Shown: positions 53,335 to 62,975, numbered from the stretch's first letter. The stretch: DNA of 64,000 nucleotides from Patescibacteria group bacterium (GCA_022710775.1 JAKLGH010000001.1:5824-69823); one strand, 5' to 3'. Notes: generated by a model not told the origin, from the sequence alone. A program made the numbers and translations.

Positions 53335-53782
53335 TTTTTAAACGGGGCAAAAAGAAAGCCGCTCGCTGTTGAGCGGTTTTATTGCGCCTGATCGTTCGCG
53401 CCAATTCATCGGCGATCGAAGGCAACGCCTTTTCGAATTGCTGATAATACAACGCCAGCTGGCATTTACCTTCGGTAACCCGGACCATCTCTTCATCAAT
53501 ACATACCAGATTTATCATCAGCGGGCTTAACATAATCCGGTGAATGGTTTGTTCGTGGCGCGGCACAACCGGATTTTCGTCGTTGTATCGGAGAACGGCG
53601 ATCATGTTTTGCCCGCGCTGGCGCACGGAAATTCTTCGGAATTGGGTTACCGCATTGCTTAAATTCATCCACTTTTTAACCAGGCTTTTGTCGTTGATCA
53701 GCCGGGAATTAGGAACGGTTTCAAAAAATCCAATCCTAGCGCTTAGTTTATCCCCTAATCTTGCTATCTTTTCAATACCCAA
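53294..53782 (-). CDS. Hypothetical protein (doubtful; its 3' end overlaps dnaE and its terminator)
   Basis: 162-aa ORF with no recognisable motif. It is convergent with dnaE, overlaps its last 41 nt and contains the dnaE terminator hairpin. Confidence 0.35.
   Translation of the reverse strand: MGIEKIARLGDKLSARIGFFETVPNSRLINDKSLVKKWMNLSNAVTQFRRISVRQRGQNMIAVLRYNDENPVVPRHEQTIHRIMLSPLMINLVCIDEEMVRVTEGKCQLALYYQQFEKALPSIADELARTIRRNKTAQQRAAFFLPRLKITKYRGQNRLKLR
53359..53383 (+). terminator. Rho-independent terminator of dnaE
   Basis: CCGCTCgctgttGAGCGGTTTTATT. Confidence 0.65.
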
Positions 53783-53927
53783 CTATTAACCCTCCAAATT
53801 AATTAGATAATCCGTAGATCAAAAAACATGCTGGCTACTGTAAAATATATAGTAATCTGGCTTTTGTCAAGGTTGGCAACCAAGGTTTTTTACGTTATGC
53901 TGACTCAATAGACGCAGACTTAAATCT

Positions 53928-55751
53928 ATGAAAAAAACGGAAAATTCCAGCGCACAAGATATTAACGTTGCCCGCCATTCCATGGCCCATATTCTGGCTT
54001 ACGCGGTCTCAGAACTTTACCCGGGAGTAAAACTTGGCATGGGGCCGGCCGTCGAGAACGGTTTTTACTATGATTTCGACTTTACTCCGATTAATGCATC
54101 CATTACGCCCGAAAACCTTTCAAAGATCGAAAAAAGGATGCGGGAGACTTTAAAGCAACGCCTTGATTTCGAAAAAACGGACATATCCATCGCGGAAGCC
54201 AAAGAGCTGTTCAAAGATCAACCGTTCAAATTCGAGCTGGTGGAGGACTTGGAAAAACAAGGAAGCGATAAAGTTACCATTTATAAAACCGGGAAATTTA
54301 CTGATCTGTGCTCCGGGCCTCATGTCGCAACCACGCGAGATCTGGCTATCGATGGTTTTAAATTGCAACGTCTTGCCGGCGCTTACTGGAAAGGATCGGA
54401 GCATAATCCCATGTTGACGAGGATATATGGCGTCGCGTTCAAAACGGCAGCCGAATTGGCTGATTTTCTGGTTAAAGAAAAGGAAGCTCAGAACCGCGAC
54501 CACCGGATTCTTGGAAAAAGATTGGATTTGTTCCATATCGATGAAGAAGTCGGGCTTGGCTTGGTACTTTGGCATCCTAAAGGAGCTCTTGTGTGGCGCC
54601 TGATCGAAGATTTTTGGTATCAAAAACATTTGGAAAAAGGCTATGAACTCGTACGCTCCCCGCATATAGGGAACCGGACTCTTTGGGAGCGATCGGGCCA
54701 CTGGGGATTTTTTTCCGAAAACATGTACCCGCCGCTGGAAGTCGGCCAATCTCTTGATGAATTAAAGAAAAAAAAGTCCGTTGCCAACTCGGAGCAGTAC
54801 TTATTGAAACCGATGAACTGCCCGTTTCATGTCCGCATTTATAACAACAGCCCGCATTCCTACCGTGAACTGCCGTTGCGCTGGGCGGAAACCGGCACGG
54901 TCTACCGATACGAAAAAAAAGGCGAGTTATCCGGCCTTACACGCGTGAGAGGTTTTACGCAGGATGACGCCCATATAATTTGCCGGAAAGACCAGGTAGA
55001 AAAAGAACTCAAAAATGTCGTCGATTTTATTCTTTACATGTATAAAGCATTTGGTTTCGGCATCGATTCGGTTAATGTTTATCTTTCTTTGCGCGATCCG
55101 GCCAACAAAGAACATAACGCTGGCGACGATGCAGGATGGGAATTCACGGAATCGGTCTTAAGAAAAATCGCAATTGAGAAAAAGCTGAAATTCAAGGAGG
55201 ATGTCGGAGAAGCCGCATTTTATGGGCCAAAACTTGACTTTAAGATTAAAGATGCCTTGGGGCGCGAATGGCAGTGTTCAACCCTGCAATTTGATTTCAA
55301 CTTGCCGGATCGTTTTGACATGACGTTCATTAACTCAAATGGAGATAAAGAACGACCTTATATGCTTCACCGGGCGCTATTCGGATCTTTCGAGCGGTTC
55401 ATCGGCCTGCTTATCGAGCACTATGCCGGAAACCTGCCGTTGTGGCTCGCGCCGGTCCAGGTCGCGGTCCTGCCGGTGGGAAAAAACCACCAGAAATACG
55501 CCAAGGAACTGATAAAGTCCCTTACAGAACGCGGCATCCGCACGCTGCTGATGGACGAAAACGACAGCGTGGGCAAAAAGATCCGCGAGGGCGAAACGCA
55601 AAAAATCCCCTATCTGCTGATTGTTGGAGACAAGGAGGCCAAATCTAAAACCGTCAGTGTCCGCCGCTCCGGAAAAGGCGATGCCGGTATTGTCAAATTC
55701 AAAAAATTCCTCGAGGATATCGAGCTTAAGATCGAAAAGAAAAAAAAGTGA
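53928..55751 (+). CDS. thrS: Threonine--tRNA ligase (no N-terminal TGS domain)
   Basis: 607 aa. It starts at the editing/SAD region (HSMAHILAYAV), then has class II motifs (FRDE-like YRYEKKGELSGLTRVRGFTQDDAHI) and a C-terminal anticodon-binding domain. Confidence 0.95.
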   Translation: MKKTENSSAQDINVARHSMAHILAYAVSELYPGVKLGMGPAVENGFYYDFDFTPINASITPENLSKIEKRMRETLKQRLDFEKTDISIAEAKELFKDQPFKFELVEDLEKQGSDKVTIYKTGKFTDLCSGPHVATTRDLAIDGFKLQRLAGAYWKGSEHNPMLTRIYGVAFKTAAELADFLVKEKEAQNRDHRILGKRLDLFHIDEEVGLGLVLWHPKGALVWRLIEDFWYQKHLEKGYELVRSPHIGNRTLWERSGHWGFFSENMYPPLEVGQSLDELKKKKSVANSEQYLLKPMNCPFHVRIYNNSPHSYRELPLRWAETGTVYRYEKKGELSGLTRVRGFTQDDAHIICRKDQVEKELKNVVDFILYMYKAFGFGIDSVNVYLSLRDPANKEHNAGDDAGWEFTESVLRKIAIEKKLKFKEDVGEAAFYGPKLDFKIKDALGREWQCSTLQFDFNLPDRFDMTFINSNGDKERPYMLHRALFGSFERFIGLLIEHYAGNLPLWLAPVQVAVLPVGKNHQKYAKELIKSLTERGIRTLLMDENDSVGKKIREGETQKIPYLLIVGDKEAKSKTVSVRRSGKGDAGIVKFKKFLEDIELKIEKKKK

Positions 55752-55786
55752 TTTTTTTTGCAAAAAAATAGCCTCTTTACATCAAA

Positions 55787-55811
55787 CCTGCTTTTTCTTG
55801 CGGGTTTTTTG
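55787..55811 (+). terminator. Probable terminator of thrS
   Basis: CCTGCtttttcttGCGGGTTTTTTG (one G-U pair). Confidence 0.5.
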
Positions 55812-55889
55812 TTAATGTGGCGATGCTTTTATTGGAATAATTTTCTTTATTTGCTAGAATAACTTCAGTTTTTTAGGCTTTGCGGAAAA

Positions 55890-57170
55890 ATGCAATATTA
55901 TATCATCACATACGGTTGTCAGATGAACCATTCCGATTCCGAAAGAATCGCCGATCATCTGGAGGCTAAAGGGATTCCCATGGCTGAAAGCCTCGAAAAA
56001 GCGGATATGATAATCGTGAATATGTGTTCGGTGCGCCAAGCTTCTGTGGATCGCGTTTTTGGTTTATCCGACCGCTTCCGCGCTTTAAGAACGGCTAAAC
56101 CCGGCCTGATAACCGTTCTTACCGGCTGCATAGTTAAAACGGATAAAAAAAAATTCGATAAAATTTTTGACCGCGTTGTCGAAATTAATTCCTTCGCTGA
56201 CTGGCTGGATTCGCTAGCAGGCGTGGTTAATTCAGAAACGAAGCCAGAAGCGAAAAGAAATACTAAAATAAGCGTGGGAATACCCATAACAACTGGCTGC
56301 GACAATTTCTGTGCCTATTGCGTCGTCCCTTATACCCGCGGTCCTCTGATTTCGCGCGACTGGAGAATAATTCTTGAGGAAGTGGAAAAAAGGGTAGAAA
56401 AAGGCGCTAAAGAGATCTGGCTGCTGGGCCAGAATGTCAACAATTATCATTTTGACGGTGTTGATTTCGCGCAACTAATCGAAAAAGCCAACGCCATTCC
56501 CGGTGATTTCTGGATCCGTTTTACATCGCCCCATCCCAAGGATTTCAACGACGCGGCCGTAAAAGCAGTCGCTTCCTGCGTGAAAGTAACGCCGTATTTC
56601 AACCTTGCGGTCCAATCCGGAGACGACACGATTCTGAAAGCCATGGCTCGCCCTTATACCGCCAAACAGTATATTGAGCTGGTTGACAAGATCCGCCAGG
56701 CCTTCCGCGAATGCCGAACCGGCATCGAATCGACGGTTGCCCTTTCAACCGACGTTATCGTCGGATTCCCGGGCGAAACCGAAGATCAATTTCTTAACAC
56801 CGCTGCCTTGTTTAAAAAGATCGGCTTTGATATGGCCTATATCGCGCGCTACTCGCCCCGCTCGGGTACGGCTGCCGCAAAATTATCCGACGATGTCTCT
56901 GAATCGGATAAGGAACACCGTTTTCTCGAACTTACGAAAATTCTGTTTGCGACATCCCAAAGAAATAACGAAAAATATGTTGGAACTGTTCTGCCAGTCC
57001 TGGTTAACAAAGTTTTTGAAAAAGAGGGCCGGTGGGCAAGCGGTAAAACGCGAAGCTATAAAACAGTTAAGTTCAGGCTGGATAAAGGAATTGAATGCGC
57101 AGCCGGGGACATCGTGAACGTTAGGATCACAGAAGCCTTACCTTTGGGATTGGGCGCCAAACTCCCATGA
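55890..57170 (+). CDS. miaB: tRNA-i6A37 methylthiotransferase MiaB
   Basis: MQYYIITYGCQMNHSDSERI (UPF0004 domain), radical-SAM motif GCDNFCAYCVVP and a C-terminal TRAM domain. Confidence 0.9.
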   Translation: MQYYIITYGCQMNHSDSERIADHLEAKGIPMAESLEKADMIIVNMCSVRQASVDRVFGLSDRFRALRTAKPGLITVLTGCIVKTDKKKFDKIFDRVVEINSFADWLDSLAGVVNSETKPEAKRNTKISVGIPITTGCDNFCAYCVVPYTRGPLISRDWRIILEEVEKRVEKGAKEIWLLGQNVNNYHFDGVDFAQLIEKANAIPGDFWIRFTSPHPKDFNDAAVKAVASCVKVTPYFNLAVQSGDDTILKAMARPYTAKQYIELVDKIRQAFRECRTGIESTVALSTDVIVGFPGETEDQFLNTAALFKKIGFDMAYIARYSPRSGTAAAKLSDDVSESDKEHRFLELTKILFATSQRNNEKYVGTVLPVLVNKVFEKEGRWASGKTRSYKTVKFRLDKGIECAAGDIVNVRITEALPLGLGAKLP

Positions 57171-58072
57171 AACAGTCAGTTTTGAAAAAATTGATCGTAA
57201 TCGTCGGGCCAACGGCATCAGGCAAATCAGATCTGGCGGTTCGACTAGCGCAAAAATTCAACGGGGAAGTTGTCTCCGCCGATTCGCGCCAAGTTTACCG
57301 AGGAATGGATATCGGATCCGGCAAGATCACGCGGCTGGAACAGCGCGGCGTTAAGCATCACTTGCTCGATGTAGCCGATCCGAAGCGATCTTTTAGCGTT
57401 GCCCGCTACCAAAAGATGGCTCAAATTGCCATCAACCAAATCAGACAAAACGGAAAAATACCCATCATTTGCGGCGGAACAGGTTTTTACATCAAATCAG
57501 TCGCGGAAATGACGTCGATACCTACCGTACCCCCGGACCCGATACTGCGGAAAAAGCTTGAGAAAAATAACTCCGCCCGGCTTTATAAAATGCTGGAAAT
57601 TAAAGACAAGGATTCGGCCCAACGAATTGGCCATTATAACACCAGGCGGCTAATCAGGGCGCTGGAAATCGTATTAAAAACAAAAAAACCCGTCCCCAAA
57701 ACAGCCTCTGTTCCTTTGCCTTATCCGGTCCTAACGATCGGATTATCGGTTGATCGGGAGAAATTAAGCCGGCTTATCGCAAAACGCCTAAACAAGCGCC
57801 TGCGCCGGGGAATGATTGCCGAAGTTAAAAAACTCCGCGCTAGCGGCTTATCTTGGAAAAGGTTGGAAAATTTTGGCTTGGAATACCGATATGCCGCCCT
57901 TTTTTTGCAAAAAAAAATAACCTTAAGCGAGATGAAATCAAAAATCCAAATCGAGTCGCAGCGTTACGCCAAGCGGCAGCTTACCTGGTTTAGAAAAGAC
58001 CATTCTGTCAAGTGGATCAAACATCCCAGTGAAGCTAACAAACTCGCCGCAAGCTATCTTAGGGCAAAATAA
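57167..58072 (+). CDS. miaA: tRNA dimethylallyltransferase MiaA
   Basis: VIVGPTASGKSDLAVRLAQKFNGEVVSADSRQVYRGMDIGSGK. The ATGA overlap with the miaB stop suggests translational coupling. Confidence 0.95.
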   Translation: MKQSVLKKLIVIVGPTASGKSDLAVRLAQKFNGEVVSADSRQVYRGMDIGSGKITRLEQRGVKHHLLDVADPKRSFSVARYQKMAQIAINQIRQNGKIPIICGGTGFYIKSVAEMTSIPTVPPDPILRKKLEKNNSARLYKMLEIKDKDSAQRIGHYNTRRLIRALEIVLKTKKPVPKTASVPLPYPVLTIGLSVDREKLSRLIAKRLNKRLRRGMIAEVKKLRASGLSWKRLENFGLEYRYAALFLQKKITLSEMKSKIQIESQRYAKRQLTWFRKDHSVKWIKHPSEANKLAASYLRAK

Positions 58073-58141
58073 ACCGCCACACCCCAGGATCCGGGCATTC
58101 GGGCCGAATAATCATCCGGGCTTATAAAATATCCGTTATGT

Positions 58142-59653
58142 TCAAATCTCGTCTAATTTCTTTTTCAGAATCTCGCGCGCTATCTGGGGATTCGCTTTTC
58201 CGCGCGACTTAGACAAGATTTGGCCCACCAGAAATTGAAACGCATTTTCCTTGCCTTTCTTAAAATCTTCGGCCGCTTTGGGATTATTTTTAATAACTCC
58301 GGCAACCAGCGCCTCGATCTCAACGCCGTCGGATATTTGCGCTAACCCTTTATCCGCGATGATATTGGAAGGATCCGCGCCAGTTTCCATCATAACCTGC
58401 AAAACAATTTTGGCGATCTTTGACGATATTTCGCCCTTGTAAATCATTTTTATGAATTCCGCGAAATTTTCCGGGCTGGTTTTGAATTGGCCTTGACTGA
58501 AATTCTGGTTCTTAAGCAAACCCAATACGTCCGTTACCAGATAGTTGGAAGTTAGCTTGCATAATTTAACAAATTCTTCCGCTAAAACATCTTCTTTCAT
58601 ATCTTGTTCTTTCACCCAGTTGGCAAGTTCAGAAATCGTTTTTTCAAAATATGACCCTAAATCACGATTTTTAACGTAGATATCAACCGTTTTGCCGTCT
58701 AATGAAAACTCCGAGGCGAATCTGCTTCTTTTGGCCGCCGGTAACTCGCCTATTTCGGACCTGGTTTTTCTTATCTCTTCATCGCTTACTCGGTAGGGAG
58801 CCAGATCAGGCTCTGGGAAATAGCGGTAATCGAAGGCTTCTTCTTTCTCCCGCTGGGAGAAAGTTTCCAGCTTCGCTTCGTTCCAACCCCTGGTCTCCTG
58901 GATAACCTTTGCGCCACTCTCGATCACTTTGCGCTGTCTTTCGATTTCATAGGCGACAGAACCTTCAACCGCTCTTAGCGAGTTCAGGTTTTTAATTTCT
59001 ACCTTGGTACCCAATTTTCCGTCATCAGGGCCGACAATCGACAAGCTGATATTGACCTCAACCCGCATTTTGCCTTTATCCATGTCCGCATCCGAAACGC
59101 CCAAATACCGCAGGATCAACTGAAGCTCTTCGGCAAACCGCCGAGCTTCAACAGCCGACGCGATATCGGGCTCGGTTACCAATTCCATCAGCGGGACACC
59201 GGACCGGTTAAAATCTACCAGCGAGTGGTCTTCGCCGTCGGGATGCAACAATTTAGCCGTATCCTCCTCCAAATGTACGCGCGTCACGCGAATGGTTTTG
59301 GGCGCTCCAGTCCCGTCCTCAATCTCAATCTTTCCGCCCAGGCAAAACGGCAGGTCATATTGCGATATCTGATATCCTTTGGGAAGATCGGGATAAAAAT
59401 AGTTTTTCCGGTCGAATTTACACTCTTTTAATATTTCAGATCCGATGGCTAAACCGGTCTTCATTACCAGTTTGATGGCTTCTTGGTTGGCTACGGGCAA
59501 AGTACCCGGATGACCCATGCAAACCGGGCAAACATTCACATTCGGTTTAACCTCCCCATTGCCGTTTGGGCACGAGCAAAACATTTTTGACCCGGTGTTC
59601 AATTCGCAATGGATTTCAAGCCCGATTGTCGGTTTGTATTGGTCGCTGGACAT
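58142..59653 (-). CDS. gatB: Asp-tRNA(Asn)/Glu-tRNA(Gln) amidotransferase subunit B
   Basis: 503 aa: YKPTIGLEIHCELNTGSKMFCSC, VCPVCMGHPGTLP, and a C-terminal YqeY-like domain. Confidence 0.95.
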   Translation of the reverse strand: MSSDQYKPTIGLEIHCELNTGSKMFCSCPNGNGEVKPNVNVCPVCMGHPGTLPVANQEAIKLVMKTGLAIGSEILKECKFDRKNYFYPDLPKGYQISQYDLPFCLGGKIEIEDGTGAPKTIRVTRVHLEEDTAKLLHPDGEDHSLVDFNRSGVPLMELVTEPDIASAVEARRFAEELQLILRYLGVSDADMDKGKMRVEVNISLSIVGPDDGKLGTKVEIKNLNSLRAVEGSVAYEIERQRKVIESGAKVIQETRGWNEAKLETFSQREKEEAFDYRYFPEPDLAPYRVSDEEIRKTRSEIGELPAAKRSRFASEFSLDGKTVDIYVKNRDLGSYFEKTISELANWVKEQDMKEDVLAEEFVKLCKLTSNYLVTDVLGLLKNQNFSQGQFKTSPENFAEFIKMIYKGEISSKIAKIVLQVMMETGADPSNIIADKGLAQISDGVEIEALVAGVIKNNPKAAEDFKKGKENAFQFLVGQILSKSRGKANPQIAREILKKKLDEI

Positions 59654-59789
59654 AATATTGTTTGATATTTATTGCTTTAAAACAGGTAAGCTGTGGAATA
59701 TGCAGAAAATAAGAAGACAAGGCAAGAGGTTGAGCACAAGGCCCGATCTAACAATATCGAATTTATATTTTTCTATCGGTATTTCGCCT

Positions 59790-59990
59790 CCCTGGGTACG
59801 AACCCCCGGCGGTGACCGAAGGAAATCCCGAAGCATTGAGGGGCGGCCAGAGGATGCTTCCTCCCCCGCATGATGCGGAGCGGAGTACCTAAGTCCTCCT
59901 CCTTTCTTCCCGCTTTTTTGCGGGAAGGAAACTGTAAGTTTCCTTTTGTTCCTAGGACTTGCCCAGGGTCTGCAAATTAATAAAATTAAA
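59790..59990 (-). repeat. Intergenic structured element, copy B (homologous to 5661-5776, with inserted hairpins)
   Basis: Minus strand reads ATTTTATTAATTTGCAGACCCTGGGCAAGTCCTAGGAACAA...GGAGGAagcaTCCTCTGGCCGCC...CCCAGGG. The 5' CCCTGGG and 3' CCCAGGG can pair, where copy A has CCCCGGG / CCCGGGG. Confidence 0.55.
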
Positions 59991-60001
59991 GAATTAAAAG
60001 A

Positions 60002-60697
60002 TTATTTCTTCTTTAATTTCAGCTTCTTGCCGACGATTTCCGGCCCGCTTGATGTTCCAATTATATCGGCGCCCGCTTTAATCGCTTCACGCGCATCTTT
60101 GGCCGTTTTGATGTTTCCGGAGGCTTTCATCAACAATCCCGGAGCCGCCTTTTGCATAATCTTTAAATGGAAATGTTTTTCCTTTAACTCTCGGTGCTCC
60201 AGCGGATCTTTGGCTGTTGCTGTTTTGACGCAGATCGCTCCGGCCTTTTTTACGATCGCTGAAACTTTCGCGATTTCCTCGTCGGTAAGGTATCCGGAAC
60301 CAATAATGACTTTGGTCGGCATAATCGCGCAGATCTCCGATAAATCATTGTAAATATCTTCCCATAGCTCGTGTTTGATGTTTGGAATTGACGCAACCAC
60401 ATCCAATTCATCGGCTCCGTCTTCCTGGGCGGTTTTACAGGCCTGCACGCGAAGCGTGTGAACGCTGTCTCCGATGGGATCGTCTATTAAACAAATTACT
60501 TTTGCATTTGAATCGCGAAGCTCCATTTTTGCCGTTCTTACCCACTGGGGATTCACGCAGATGCCCCTAAAACCGTAATCCCTTACCTCCGCGCTGGCCT
60601 TTTTAATATCCTTTAACGTTACTTTAGGGCCGATTTTTGTCTGATCGATTGTTGCGGCTAGACTGATTTTCTTTTTAGAGCTTTTTTTTGTTGCCAT
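60002..60697 (-). CDS. deoC: Deoxyribose-phosphate aldolase-like class I aldolase
   Basis: 231 aa. It carries ICVNPQWV, DELDVV, ICVKTATA (Schiff-base Lys region) and MKASGNIKTAKDAREAIKAGADIIGTSSG. Confidence 0.7.
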   Translation of the reverse strand: MATKKSSKKKISLAATIDQTKIGPKVTLKDIKKASAEVRDYGFRGICVNPQWVRTAKMELRDSNAKVICLIDDPIGDSVHTLRVQACKTAQEDGADELDVVASIPNIKHELWEDIYNDLSEICAIMPTKVIIGSGYLTDEEIAKVSAIVKKAGAICVKTATAKDPLEHRELKEKHFHLKIMQKAAPGLLMKASGNIKTAKDAREAIKAGADIIGTSSGPEIVGKKLKLKKK

Positions 60698-60774
60698 ATT
60701 TTTGTAAGTGTTCTAATTAATCTTTTTTTTGTTAGACGGAATAGGATTGGGTAAGATAATCCCGAGGGCCGGAT

Positions 60775-61407
60775 CTAAAGTTTCCAGCCATCGATTTTTT
60801 TTCCGGCAATAATTTTTTCGACTTCCTCAAATATCTCCGGAACGGGCCTGTCCCCGTTGATTACCCTGATATCGGCCTCGGATTTAAACCTCTCCACTAG
60901 CCTAAGGTAATTTTCCCATACTTTTTGCAATTTTCCAACTTTTTCGAACAGTTCCACGGAAAACCTTTCTTTAGCCATGCGTTTCATGCAAATATCGGGA
61001 TCGGACTTTAGAATAATCGTTAAGTCTGGCAGTAAAAAATTATCGTTGGCCTTAATCAGCCAGTCAAGGTCGCAATCGAGCGCACCGTAGGCAAACGATG
61101 AAAAAAAATACCGGTCGCAAACCACGTTAATCCTTTTTTTCAGCGCCGGAAATATTTCTTTTTCCAAATGGTATGCCCGATCGGCGGCGAATAACAGCTG
61201 CAAGCAATCCGGAGAACTTTTCCAGTCATTGGCCAAAAAGCTCCTGATCAGCCCGCCAATCAGATATTGAGTCGGTTCAAAGGTTTTATGCGACTTAATG
61301 GAGTTTTTATTCATTTTCTTAGCCAAAAGCCCGGCTTGCGTGGACTTGCCGGATCCGTCTAAGCCTTCAAAAACGATAAATTTTCCCTCGTATCGATTTT
61401 TAATCAT
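60775..61407 (-). CDS. tmk: Thymidylate kinase
   Basis: FIVFEGLDGSGKSTQ P-loop and DRYFFSSFAYG. Confidence 0.9.
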   Translation of the reverse strand: MIKNRYEGKFIVFEGLDGSGKSTQAGLLAKKMNKNSIKSHKTFEPTQYLIGGLIRSFLANDWKSSPDCLQLLFAADRAYHLEKEIFPALKKRINVVCDRYFFSSFAYGALDCDLDWLIKANDNFLLPDLTIILKSDPDICMKRMAKERFSVELFEKVGKLQKVWENYLRLVERFKSEADIRVINGDRPVPEIFEEVEKIIAGKKIDGWKL

Positions 61408-61429
61408 ATTCCGATAGAACGATTTAGTT

Positions 61430-61606
61430 TAATAAACTTCCCCGGGTAAAGCCCCGGGGTATTCCTACCGCTCTGCCTGCGCTTCGCGGATAGGAAAAGT
61501 ATGTTTTTCCTTCGCTATCCTCGCATTAAGCGAGGCCCAGGCAAACCGCTTGGGGCTGGCATTCATCCTGCGCGGCAAAGCCGGCGGGGTATTCTGCCAG
61601 ATTAAT
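61430..61606 (-). repeat. Intergenic structured element, copy C (distant member of the A/B family)
   Basis: The minus strand starts ATTTTATTAATCTGGCAGAATACCCC and ends ACCCCGGGGCTTTACCCGGGGAAG. The 5' box and the terminal CCCCGGGG hairpin are shared with copy A. Confidence 0.4.
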
Positions 61607-61784
61607 AAAATATATAATATTCTGGCCAATAATAAAAAACGCCGTACGATATTACGCCATTCCTTATTTGTCCATCATCGAATGAAGCAATCACTTTAGG
61701 CTCATTATCCGGCTTTTCGATATCCGTGCTAGATAAAACCATATTTAGTTTTTTTAGCATCACTTGGCCGCCTTGATCTGCCAA
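61602..61784 (-). CDS. Very small hypothetical ORF in the position where rplA is expected (doubtful)
   Basis: 60 aa with no motif. It overlaps the start of element C. Confidence 0.25.
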   Translation of the reverse strand: MADQGGQVMLKKLNMVLSSTDIEKPDNEPKVIASFDDGQIRNGVISYGVFYYWPEYYIFY

Positions 61785-61843
61785 ATCAATGGCGATCTTT
61801 TCGGCGCATTGGTTCTTTTCGCCTCATAAAAAAGGAAAAACGA

Positions 61844-62266
61844 TCATTCGATCGTTATTCCCATATTTTTGGCCGTACCCGCAATAATCTTCATCGCGGC
61901 ATCGATATCGGTTGTATTCAAATCCGGCATTTTCCGCTCCGCAATCTTTCTGAGCTGGTCTTTGGAAATCTTCGCTACCTTAATTTTGTTCGGCTCCTTT
62001 GAACCCGTGTCAATCCCGGCGGCTTTTTTGAGCAATTCCGAGGCCGGCGGCTGCTTTAGAACAAACGTATACGTACGGTCCTCAAAGACAGTTACTTCAA
62101 CGGGGATCTTGAATCCCATCATATCTTTCGTCGCTTCGTTGAATTTTTTGCCAAAGTCGCCGATATTGATACCCTGCTGCGCTAAAGTCGGTCCGACCGG
62201 CGGCGCCGGCGAAAACTTTCCGGCCTGAATTTGAACTTTTACTATTCCTTTGATTTTTTTTGCCAT
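61844..62266 (-). CDS. rplK: 50S ribosomal protein L11
   Basis: [48 protein letters not shown]. Confidence 0.95.
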   Translation of the reverse strand: MAKKIKGIVKVQIQAGKFSPAPPVGPTLAQQGINIGDFGKKFNEATKDMMGFKIPVEVTVFEDRTYTFVLKQPPASELLKKAAGIDTGSKEPNKIKVAKISKDQLRKIAERKMPDLNTTDIDAAMKIIAGTAKNMGITIE

Positions 62267-62293
62267 GATAGTCTGATCTCTTTCGAGAATTGT

Positions 62294-62839
62294 TTACATC
62301 TTTTTGATCTGGAGTGAATCCAATTCAACTGGAGTGTCGCGTCCGAACATGCTCACCAGCACCTTTACTTTGCCGCGCTCTTTGTCAATCTCGGAAACTT
62401 TACCGTCGAAATCCTTGAACGGCCCATCGGTAATCTTAACCATTTCCCCGATATTAACCTCGATGGTATATTCAGGCTCATCCAGCTCCATTCTTTTTTT
62501 CAAGCTGTTGATCTCGTCGGGCGACACCGGGATAGGCGTGGTTCCCGCTCCCACAAAACCCGTTACGTTAGGCGTATTCCTAACTACGTACCAAGAATCG
62601 TCGGTAACGACCATCTCCACCAGGATGTATCCTGGATAAATCTTTTCCTCAATCACCTTCCTCTTGCCTTCCTTAATCTTGATCTTTTTTTCCTTTGGCA
62701 CGATTACGTTAAAAATCTTGTCTTCCATCCCGAGAGATTCGATCCTTTGTTTGAGATTTTTAGCCACAGCCTCCTCGTAACCCGAATACGTGTGGATGAC
62801 GTACCAATTTTTCTCCGGTAATATTTGTTGTTTTGGCAT
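62294..62839 (-). CDS. nusG: Transcription termination/antitermination factor NusG
   Basis: KNWYVIHTYSGYEEAV (NGN domain) and a C-terminal KOW domain (GEMVKITDGPFKDFDGKVSEID). Confidence 0.95.
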   Translation of the reverse strand: MPKQQILPEKNWYVIHTYSGYEEAVAKNLKQRIESLGMEDKIFNVIVPKEKKIKIKEGKRKVIEEKIYPGYILVEMVVTDDSWYVVRNTPNVTGFVGAGTTPIPVSPDEINSLKKRMELDEPEYTIEVNIGEMVKITDGPFKDFDGKVSEIDKERGKVKVLVSMFGRDTPVELDSLQIKKM

Positions 62840-62975
62840 AAGTGGTCAAATGATATTAATCCGGAAAACCGGATAAAAAAGGTCGCGCAGCTGCCAAGCT
62901 TTGCCGGATAACCGCGCAAATCGCCCCCGCAGCAGGCAAAGGCCGGATAAAGTTTTTGAGGCTTGCTTTCTAAAT

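Noticed and set aside
59790-59990. SRP RNA, RNase P RNA, 6S RNA or tmRNA in the gatB-deoC spacer.
   Set aside because: I could not find the diagnostic motifs. There is no GGAAGCAGCC-type helix-8 with a GNRA loop, no GAGGAAAGUCC P4 strand, and no tRNA-like TTCGAATCC...ACCA end. The GGAGGAAGCAUCC segment is only superficially SRP-like.
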